NCBI GenBank assembly: GCA_965237525.1
Contig: CBDEFO010000008.1
Location: 640,001-704,000 of the forward strand
Direction: 5' to 3'
DNA length: 64,000 bases
Source of the DNA: Candidatus Latescibacterota bacterium
GTDB lineage: Bacteria > Latescibacterota > CBDEFO01
Position numbers and translations under genes: made by a program. Below the pieces are notes generated by a model. The model had not been told where the DNA came from. It did no database searches and saw only the letters and a list, made by a program, of their open reading frames with translations. Below, piece by piece: positions 56,529-64,000 of this stretch. The number at the start of each line of letters is the position of its first letter. Position 1 is the first letter of the stretch.

Positions 56529-57950
56529 CTACTGCACTTTGTGTAGTTTGAGCATGTTCGTTCCTCCGCGGGACGTGATAGGAGAGCCAGCGATGATAAC
56601 TATTACGTCTCCCCTTGCGACCGACCCGTCCTTAAGGAGTATCGATTCTACTTCTTGGACCATAGAGTCAGTCTCTATAGCCACGCCCATAGTCCTGGGG
56701 ATCACACCCCAATATAGGGAGAGCCTCCTTTGCACAGTTTCGTGGGGCGTAAAGGCTATTATCGGGGTGTGCGGACGTTCTTTGGAGATCGATCTTGCCG
56801 TGGACCCGGACTGAGTGAAAGCCACAATAGCCCTGGCTTTTAGCTCTTCAGCCGCGATGGACGCTGCCTCGCTTACCGCCTCTTCAAAGGTTACGTCTGT
56901 ATCCGTGGACCTTCGTCTGCGTCTGAATATAGGCTGAGCGAGGAGGCTCTCTTCTGCCTTTGCAATTATCCTGGACATCATCTTCAGAGACTCCACGGGA
57001 TAGGAACCGACCGCCGTTTCGCCCGAGAGCATAAGGGCATCCGTCCCGTCGAAGATGGCGTTAGCCACGTCTGAAGCCTCTGCCCTTGTGGGACGGGGAT
57101 TTGCAGTCATAGATTCGAGCATCTGCGTCGCTGTGATCACGACAACGCCGCACAAGTTGGCTTTAGATATAACCTCCTTCTGCACTACAGGCACCTGTTC
57201 TGGCGACATCTCCACACCGAGGTCGCCCCTTGCTATCATCACGCCGTCTGCAACTTCTAATATCTCGTCCAGGTTCTCTATAGCCTCCGGTTTTTCTAAC
57301 TTGGCTATGGCCGGGATATCTGCACCCCTTTCATCCAATATCTTCTTTACGTCGGATACGTCCTGGGCTCTCCTTACGAACGAAATGCCAACATAGTCAA
57401 CTCCCTGATCTATTCCAAAGAGGAGATCTTCCCTGTCCTTCTCTGTGATCGATGGTATGTCCAGGTCAACTCCCGGCAGATTTATCCCCTTGTGATCCTT
57501 CAATATTCCGCCATTGACTACTTGGCAGATTATGTCCTGACCGTCCACATACTTTACCTCAAGCTCTATCATCCCGTCGTCTATAAGTATTGTATCGCCA
57601 TCCTTGACATCTTCTGGCATGCTTTTGTAACTTGTGGAGACGATTTTGGATGTTCCGGCTACGGGACGGCTCGTAATTACAAATTTATCTTTTGCCTTCA
57701 GGGTTGCCTGGCCTCCTCTGATCTTGCCCGCCCTGATCTTAGGGCCCTGAAGGTCCTGGAGGATAGCAATGTGCTTCCCAAGGGTTTTTGAGGCCCTCCT
57801 GATCTTGCGGATAGACTCCTTGTGGTCGTTCCTTTCTCCGTGGGACAAGTTGATCCGCGCTACATCCATCCCCTCTTCTATCATGCGCTCTAACGTGTCC
57901 TGTGAGCAAGTGGACGGCCCCATAGTGCATATTATCTTTGCTCTTCTCAT
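56529..57950 (-). CDS. pyk: Pyruvate kinase
   Basis: 'KIICTMGP', 'DLQGPKIR', 'MIARGDLGVE', 'ATQMLESM', 'MLSGETA'. Confidence 0.98.
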   Translation of the reverse strand: MRRAKIICTMGPSTCSQDTLERMIEEGMDVARINLSHGERNDHKESIRKIRRASKTLGKHIAILQDLQGPKIRAGKIRGGQATLKAKDKFVITSRPVAGTSKIVSTSYKSMPEDVKDGDTILIDDGMIELEVKYVDGQDIICQVVNGGILKDHKGINLPGVDLDIPSITEKDREDLLFGIDQGVDYVGISFVRRAQDVSDVKKILDERGADIPAIAKLEKPEAIENLDEILEVADGVMIARGDLGVEMSPEQVPVVQKEVISKANLCGVVVITATQMLESMTANPRPTRAEASDVANAIFDGTDALMLSGETAVGSYPVESLKMMSRIIAKAEESLLAQPIFRRRRRSTDTDVTFEEAVSEAASIAAEELKARAIVAFTQSGSTARSISKERPHTPIIAFTPHETVQRRLSLYWGVIPRTMGVAIETDSMVQEVESILLKDGSVARGDVIVIIAGSPITSRGGTNMLKLHKVQ

Positions 57951-58249
57951 AGTAAGAATTGACTATCCTTTATGTATGGCCTTCTTCCGGCTTTCCTGCG
58001 TTAAATTGTATTGACTAATTCTTCAGAAATTATTATTATAGACCACAAGTATGGTAGACAGATCCCCGATAGCTTCAATCGGGGGCACGGGCATTTCTCT
58101 CATCCCTGTGTAGTTCTACTTAAAATAATCTATTGTCATTGGTATGTCAACAAGGGAAACGTACTTTTTAGAGAAGCGCTCCGTCAAATTGCAGCACCAG
58201 ACGTAAGGAATTCTCCCTTCCATAGCCTTCAAAACGATACGATAAGGGG

Positions 58250-58500
58250 CGACACAGTTAGGAGATTCTCCGATCTGAAAGTATTCCCGGTGCGCAACTG
58301 CGTGTCTGTTCAGATCGAGACATCAGATGGGAGTTACCGAATCGGCGAGGCGTCGCTTGGCGGACAGAATATGGCAGTTGTGGATACACTGCGCAATCAC
58401 CTGAAGCCTTTACTTATAGGAAAGGATGCAAAGTGGATCGAGCACATCTGTCAGGACATCTTCCGGGGACGTTGTGGCGCGGGGTACCGCTGCTACAGAG
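58250..58500 (+). pseudogene. N-terminal remnant of a mandelate racemase/galactonate dehydratase-family gene
   Basis: 'VQIETSDG...IGEASL...HLKPLLIGKDAKWIEHICQ'; no catalytic barrel; boundaries approximate. Confidence 0.65.
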
Positions 58501-58649
58501 CGCCGTGCCGGCATGAGGATACTGCTGGTAATACTCCTTCTACCAGTATAGCTATAACTTCCCACTGATGAACTGGAGCACCAACATGGAACGAAAATGA
58601 GCTTCTTTTCGGAAGATAAAAAGGATCATAAGACCGGGGAGGTAAGATA

Positions 58650-59135
58650 ATGGAGGATAAGGGATCCAAGGAAAGGTTTCTCTATCTGGTTCAGCACGGC
58701 GAGGCGAAGACCGGGGAGGAAGATCCGGAGCGTCCTCTTACGGAGCGGGGAAAAGAGACGGCGGAGCAGGTGGCGGCGTGGGCGGCTAGTACCGGTCTGA
58801 AAGTGGACCAGATCCGTCATAGCGGGAAACGCCGCGCCGAAGAGACAGCCTTCATCTTTGCTGAGCATCTTGAGGTGCCACAAGGCGCAAAGGCGGTCTC
58901 GGGTTTGGCTCCAAATGATGATGTCCATCCGGTGGCAGAAGCCCTGGAGCGGGAAACTGGCTCAGTGATGCTCGTCGGACACCTGCCCTTTTTGAACCGG
59001 CTGGCCGGTAGTCTGCTCGTCAACGATCCCGATCGCGCACTCATCCGCTTTTACATGGGCGGGTTAGTTTGCTTGGTCCGGCAGGAAAAGAAGTGGGCTG
59101 TGGCTTGTCTCATCCCGCCGGATTCTGTTTCCTAA
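58650..59135 (+). CDS. sixA: Phosphohistidine phosphatase
   Basis: 'LYLVQHGEAK', 'DPERPLT', 'HSGKRRA', 'MLVGHLPFL'. Confidence 0.92.
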   Translation: MEDKGSKERFLYLVQHGEAKTGEEDPERPLTERGKETAEQVAAWAASTGLKVDQIRHSGKRRAEETAFIFAEHLEVPQGAKAVSGLAPNDDVHPVAEALERETGSVMLVGHLPFLNRLAGSLLVNDPDRALIRFYMGGLVCLVRQEKKWAVACLIPPDSVS

Positions 59136-59263
59136 ACGCTTCCAACTGGCCCTAGGCGTGCTTGCACGCGGATAGGTTCTAGATCACCCTTAACTCCTAC
59201 GCAACCTGAGCGTCAGGCTCCTGCTGCGTGCTGTGAGTATTGCCGCGCGGGTCGTGATTTTAC

Positions 59264-59292
59264 TTGATTCCTACATGTTAGATGAGTATATT
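59264..59292 (+). promoter_or_regulatory. Sigma70-type promoter for the molybdoenzyme operon
   Basis: TTGATT-N17-TATATT. Confidence 0.6.
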
Positions 59293-59356
59293 ATCCGATG
59301 TACTCTAAGTAAATGTCCGTGTATGAAGGAAATCCGAAAAGGAGGTTCGAAGGACT

Positions 59357-59995
59357 TTGGAAGATCATAACGATGAAGGATCAGCGGCATCCCCGACAAA
59401 CATATCGAGGCGGAAGTTCCTTAAGGGCAGCGTTGCCACTACTGCAGCCGTCTCTGTGGGCACTTTTGTCTCTGAGAGAGCCGCGGCCCGGACCCATGGG
59501 CTTAAGGTCGAGGGCCCGGGGAAAGTGCCCGTACGGCTGAGTGTAAACGGAGTAGAGCATAGGATCAGCGCCGAGCCGCGCCTGACCTTAGCAGACGCTA
59601 TAAGGGACGAGCTTGGACTCACAGGTACCAAGATTATCTGCGATCGCGGCGAGTGCGGCGGATGTACGGTTCTGATGGATGGAATGCCAGTCTATTCCTG
59701 TATGATGCTTGCTATCGAATCTCAAGACAGACAGATCCTAACCGTTGAAGGTCTCTACAAGGGAGATCAACTGCATCCGGTACAGCAGGCTTTCATCGAG
59801 AAGGACGCCCTGATGTGCGGCTTTTGCACTCCGGGGTTTATTATGTCCGTCAAGGCGCTTTTAGACCAGAATCCAAATCCGACGTTGGAGGAGGTAAAAA
59901 GATCGGTATCTGGCAATCTGTGTCGCTGTGGAACCTATCCGAAGGTCTTTGAGGCTGCGCTGACGGCGTCAGACAACATGAAAAAGGGGGGCTGA
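59357..59995 (+). CDS. [2Fe-2S] subunit of Xdh/PaoA family with Tat signal
   Basis: 'SRRKFLK'; 'CDRGECGGC', 'CGFCTPG', 'CRC'. Confidence 0.95.
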   Translation: MEDHNDEGSAASPTNISRRKFLKGSVATTAAVSVGTFVSERAAARTHGLKVEGPGKVPVRLSVNGVEHRISAEPRLTLADAIRDELGLTGTKIICDRGECGGCTVLMDGMPVYSCMMLAIESQDRQILTVEGLYKGDQLHPVQQAFIEKDALMCGFCTPGFIMSVKALLDQNPNPTLEEVKRSVSGNLCRCGTYPKVFEAALTASDNMKKGG

Positions 59996-59999
59996 AGCT

Positions 60000-62099
60000 A
60001 TGGCAGGCTGGGAAAAGGACGGAGGACTGAGCGTAATTGGTCGCAGGCTTCAGCGCGTAGATGGCGCGGATAAGGTGACGGGACGTGCAAAATATACCTA
60101 CGACATCAGCCTTCCGGGCATGCTCTACGGAAAGATCTTGCGGTGTCCCTACCCTCAAGCCCGCCTTCTGAGGATAGATGCAAGCAGGGCGAAGCGTCAC
60201 CCCGGAGTCCAAGCCGTCTTAACCGATTTAGCTTCCGACCGGACGCTCCGGTTTGGAGGAGAAGAAGTAGCAGCAGTCGCAGCAATAAGCGAGGATGTAG
60301 CTGAGGACGCCTTGGAACTTATCCAGGTGGAATACGAGGAATTGCCCTTTGTCGTAAACGTAGAGGAGGCTATGCAGCCGGATTCCCCGAAGGTTTATGA
60401 AAGTGGCAACGTCAGAAAGGGGCGCGTCAATGAGCGGGGGGACCTGGACAGGGGATTTGGGGAGGCCGACGTCATCGTGGAAGGGACCTATAAAACGCAG
60501 GTTCAGACGCATACTTGCTTGGAGACTCACGGCGTGGTGGCAAAATGGGAGGAAGATGAGTTGACGGTGTGGGCGTCGACCCAGGCCCTGTTCGGCGTCA
60601 GGAATCAAATAGCCAGCCATTTTGGGATTCCCGCGAGTAAGGTAAGGGTGATAACAGAGCACATGGGGGGCGGCTTCGGAAGTAAGCTTGGCGCAGGAAG
60701 CTGGAGTATTGTCGCTGTGAGACTAGCCAAAGAGTCCAAAGCGCCTGTCAAGCTTATGCTCAGCCGGAAGGAGGATTTCCTGTATACGGGTAACCGTCCC
60801 TCATCGGTGCAGTATATTAAGGCCGGGGCAAAAAGAGACGGTACTCTTACCGCTTTCCAGCTCAGGTCATACGGCACCGGTGGGATCGGAGGAGGAGCAG
60901 GATTTCCGGCTCCCTACATCTATAGCGTGCCCAATTTCAAAGTAGAGCAGTCCGATGTCTTCATCAACGCCGGTCCGTCTGCGGCGATGCGGGCGCCCGG
61001 ACACCCGCAGGCCTCCTTCGGTATGGAATCGGTGATGGATGAGCTCGCCCAAAAGATAGAGATGGACCCCCTGGAGTTCAGAAGAAAGAATGACCCTAGT
61101 GGGACGAGGCAGAAGGAGTATACAGTAGGAGCGGAGAAGATAGGTTGGGTGAGGCGCAAAAAATCCGGCTCGGAGATGGGCCGGAAAAGGCGCGGGGTCG
61201 GCATGGGCAGCGGGACGTGGGGAGGAGGAGGAGGCGCTGGCACTCAGGCGAGGGTAACGATCCATCCGGACGGCAGCACGGATGTGACTACCGGAAGTCA
61301 GGATTTAGGCACAGGAACGTGGACTGTGGTAGCCGCGGTCGCCGCCGAGGAGTTGGGGCTTCAGATCGAAGACATCAAGGTGTATATCGGTGACACAGTC
61401 TACCAACTCCCCTCAGGAGGAAGCGGCGGAAGCACCACCGCAGCGTCGGTCGCCCCTGCAGTCAAAACTGCAGCGGCCAGTGCAAAAGGGGAACTGTTCC
61501 AGATAGCTGCACCGCTTTTGGGAGCTCAACCTGAGGAATTAGAAGCCAGAGATGGGAATATCTATATCAAAAGCGATCCGTCCCAAAGCATCTCCTGGAA
61601 GCGGGCGACAGCGCAGTTGGGAACGGATGTGATCTCAGTTCAGGGAGGTTGGACGAGCGGACTTTCAAGCAGCGGAGTTGCAGGCACTCAGTTCGCTGAG
61701 GTGGAGGTGGATACAGAGACGGGACAGGTAAAGGTCATAAAAGTAGTGGCCGTCCAGGACTTCGGCCTTGTCGTCAATCGTCTTGCGGCTGAGAGTCAGA
61801 TAAATGGCGGTGTGGTTCAGGGCTTGAGCTACGCCCTCTTGGAGGATCGCATTTTGGATGGTCCTACAGGACTTATGGTCAATCCTAATCTTGAAGCTTA
61901 TAAAATTGCAGGCTCGATGGAGATGCCTGAAATTGAGCCGATCATATTCGACGAGTCGGAACGGGGCGTAATAGGATTGGGTGAGCCGCCCGTAATCCCG
62001 ACTGCAGGAGCCATCGCCAACGCCGTCGCCAACGCCATCGGCGTGCGCATCCGGGAGCTTCCCATCACGCCTGACAAGGTGCTTGCGGCGCTTTCCTAA
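60000..62099 (+). CDS. Molybdopterin-binding subunit of xanthine dehydrogenase/aldehyde oxidoreductase family
   Basis: 'RVDGADKVTGRAKY', 'GGGFGSK', 'MRAPG', 'QDLGTG', 'GLGEP', 'LPITPDKV'. Confidence 0.95.
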   Translation: MAGWEKDGGLSVIGRRLQRVDGADKVTGRAKYTYDISLPGMLYGKILRCPYPQARLLRIDASRAKRHPGVQAVLTDLASDRTLRFGGEEVAAVAAISEDVAEDALELIQVEYEELPFVVNVEEAMQPDSPKVYESGNVRKGRVNERGDLDRGFGEADVIVEGTYKTQVQTHTCLETHGVVAKWEEDELTVWASTQALFGVRNQIASHFGIPASKVRVITEHMGGGFGSKLGAGSWSIVAVRLAKESKAPVKLMLSRKEDFLYTGNRPSSVQYIKAGAKRDGTLTAFQLRSYGTGGIGGGAGFPAPYIYSVPNFKVEQSDVFINAGPSAAMRAPGHPQASFGMESVMDELAQKIEMDPLEFRRKNDPSGTRQKEYTVGAEKIGWVRRKKSGSEMGRKRRGVGMGSGTWGGGGGAGTQARVTIHPDGSTDVTTGSQDLGTGTWTVVAAVAAEELGLQIEDIKVYIGDTVYQLPSGGSGGSTTAASVAPAVKTAAASAKGELFQIAAPLLGAQPEELEARDGNIYIKSDPSQSISWKRATAQLGTDVISVQGGWTSGLSSSGVAGTQFAEVEVDTETGQVKVIKVVAVQDFGLVVNRLAAESQINGGVVQGLSYALLEDRILDGPTGLMVNPNLEAYKIAGSMEMPEIEPIIFDESERGVIGLGEPPVIPTAGAIANAVANAIGVRIRELPITPDKVLAALS

Positions 62100-62117
62100 G
62101 CGGAGGAGGGATAGACG

Positions 62118-63110
62118 ATGAGACCATTCGAATATGCAAGTCCGTCGAATCTAAAGGAAGCTATCTCTGCGCTGGATGAAGGATGGGAGGGGGCGATGTT
62201 GATCGCAGGAGGAACCGATCTTATAGGTGAGATGAAGGAACGCGTCATCAGCCCGAAGCGTCTGGTAAATCTCAAATCGGCCGCTGGTCTAAAGTATATA
62301 GAGCACTATGGTGGGGGACTTAAGATAGGAGCTTTAACCACCATCAGCCAGATCGAAGCTGATCCGACAATTCAGGACAGATTCGCCGTACTATCTAACG
62401 CTGCCGGGTCTATAGCCACCTTGCAGATTCGTAATGTTGCGACTTTAGGCGGTAATCTGTGTCAAAGGCCCAGGTGCTGGTACTACCGCAGTACTGACTT
62501 TCCCTGTCTGAAAAAGGGAGGCGATATCTGTTACGCCATAGAGGGAGAGAACAAGTATCACGCCATCTTAGGTGTGGAGCCGGACGTCTATACATGTCAC
62601 ATCGTTCATCCCTCGGATATGGCTCCTGCCCTTGTGGCTTTAGGGGCAAGCGCCAAGATCGAAGGGAGGCAAGGTTCCAGGATAATCTCTTTGGAAGATT
62701 TCTTCACGATGCCCGATGGCGAAATATTCCGGGAGAACGTGCTTAAGCCCGGGGAGATTCTCACCGAGATCGGAGTCCCGAATCCGAAGCCGAACACCAG
62801 AAGCCTCTACCTTAAGCTCCAGGAAAAGGGCTCGATGGATTTTGCTCTTGTGAGCGTAGCAGTCGTCCTTACTCTTGAAGGGAAAGTCTGTCGGGATGTC
62901 CGCATCGTCTTCGGCGGAGTGGCGGAAAGGCCCTTCAGGTCCGAAGAGGCCGAGAATGCCTTAAGGGGGAAGACGATAGATGAGCCACTTGCCCTTAAGG
63001 CGGCAGAGGCCGCCACCAAGTCCGCAGAGCCCTTGCGAGACAACGGCTACAAGGTGGACTTGGCCAAGGCAGCGCTTAGAAAGGCTATATTGTCGGCTTT
63101 GAAAGCTTGA
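62118..63110 (+). CDS. FAD-binding subunit (PaoB/YagS-like) with Cys-rich Fe-S insertion
   Basis: 'AGGTDL', 'QIRNVATLGGNLCQRPRCWYYR...CLKKGG..C...C..HPSD'. Confidence 0.93.
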   Translation: MRPFEYASPSNLKEAISALDEGWEGAMLIAGGTDLIGEMKERVISPKRLVNLKSAAGLKYIEHYGGGLKIGALTTISQIEADPTIQDRFAVLSNAAGSIATLQIRNVATLGGNLCQRPRCWYYRSTDFPCLKKGGDICYAIEGENKYHAILGVEPDVYTCHIVHPSDMAPALVALGASAKIEGRQGSRIISLEDFFTMPDGEIFRENVLKPGEILTEIGVPNPKPNTRSLYLKLQEKGSMDFALVSVAVVLTLEGKVCRDVRIVFGGVAERPFRSEEAENALRGKTIDEPLALKAAEAATKSAEPLRDNGYKVDLAKAALRKAILSALKA

Positions 63111-63337
63111 TAGTGCCAAAGGAGGTAGCAATCGTGCCAGAAATATGTCAGCATCTCAGGACGAAGGCGTCATACGTTCCGGCAGAAAGGTCTCCCCTTT
63201 ATCTGACAAAGACGAGCCCTACGGCTCAGTATTGGTGTCTTAAGACAATGATGGTCGTCGGTCCTGACAACGACTTTGTGTGCCCGGAGGACTGCAAGCC
63301 AGACAGGGTATGCTTCGTATTGGGAGTTCAGACTTAA
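63107..63337 (+). CDS. Small Cys-rich hypothetical protein
   Basis: 'CQHLRTK...YWC..T...GPD...CPEDC...RVCF'; GGAGG RBS favours a GTG start at 63134. Confidence 0.7.
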   Translation: MIVPKEVAIVPEICQHLRTKASYVPAERSPLYLTKTSPTAQYWCLKTMMVVGPDNDFVCPEDCKPDRVCFVLGVQT

Positions 63338-63577
63338 GTTGAGCATCGTTTATGCCCTTCGGCACGCTCTGCGGAAGACGCTCTGAAATTTCTAATCCAT
63401 CCAGCCGTGGAGCAGACGCGTCGTGAGAGATCAATTTCGTCTCCATTGAAGTAGAGCGTTTAAATGCTTCAGACAATGCGATGTTTAAGACACATAGTCT
63501 CGATATAGATTTGTACTTATGCGGCTCGTTGCAGCGCGGAGAACGTGCCCCCCGCCCATCGTATCCGGACCAGCCCC

Positions 63578-64000
63578 TTAGAAATATCCGAGGCTATTTT
63601 CGGTCATCCCTGTGAAAAAGTCTATTACCAACCACATCCCAGAAGCAAATACCGCCCCCAAAATCAATCCCAGGAAAAATGGCCTCGTCCTTCTATACAA
63701 CAGCGATCCACCATATTTGAGAATTATCGTCTTAAAGAGCCATGCTAAAAATACGGAAAACCAGACCGCATTCATAGTATAGAACGTGCTGGTGGCAAAT
63801 CCCAGAGGGTGTACAGGCCACCACAAAAACCGATACCTGGCAAACGTCAAAAGACCCATGAGAAGAGCACCTATAGCCGTAAATATCCATCCCCCAATAT
63901 TCGCCGCGACAGGATCGGCAAATTTAGGGGCTATGTATGTAAAAGCCATCTGGGGGACAAAAATGAAAAAGAAGTGGTCGAGATTGATCCCTCCGTGCTC
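63578..64000 (-). CDS. C-terminal part of a DUF6784/DUF6785-like multi-TM protein; 5' end outside window
   Basis: 'RFLWWPVHPLGF...WFSVFLAWLFK..ILKYGG..LYRRTRPFFLGLILG'; frame open to the window edge. Confidence 0.75.
   Translation of the reverse strand, partial: EHGGINLDHFFFIFVPQMAFTYIAPKFADPVAANIGGWIFTAIGALLMGLLTFARYRFLWWPVHPLGFATSTFYTMNAVWFSVFLAWLFKTIILKYGGSLLYRRTRPFFLGLILGAVFASGMWLVIDFFTGMTENSLGYF

Noticed and set aside
59136..59356. Moco riboswitch upstream of the molybdoenzyme operon
   Set aside because: The predicted promoter leaves a short leader and I could not match a conserved motif; an Rfam scan would settle it

Overview
Bacterial chromosome window, probably from an FCB-related candidate phylum such as Latescibacterota. 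This is an inference from FlgD-Ig-type C-terminal domains, a 'TWGxIK' C-terminal motif, a DUF6784/6785-like protein and several PhyH-family genes. Housekeeping genes are thiL, lptE, tag, rpsU, gap, secG, ftnA, engB, clpX-clpP-tig, tRNA-Leu(TAG), trkA, pyk and sixA. The window also carries an ECF sigma/anti-sigma operon, a large S8 protease, an ABC permease plus ATPase, and a Tat-exported PaoABC/Xdh-family molybdoenzyme. Two complete IS elements can be delimited by their inverted repeats and target duplications, and both sit inside genes. There are many pseudogenes and several families of short intergenic repeats. The best candidate for an undescribed system is a tightly coupled four-gene block (6193-12930) between lptE and thiL. 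It encodes two Hsp90/GHKL-like proteins (one with degenerate ATPase motifs, the other fused across a membrane helix to a transglutaminase-like Cys-His-Asp domain), a small acidic protein and a two-TM protein. The second highlight is an IS inserted into a heptamer repeat inside the lptE signal-peptide sequence; its terminal repeat supplies an in-frame replacement start codon. All protein calls come from motif recognition by eye; no database searches were run.
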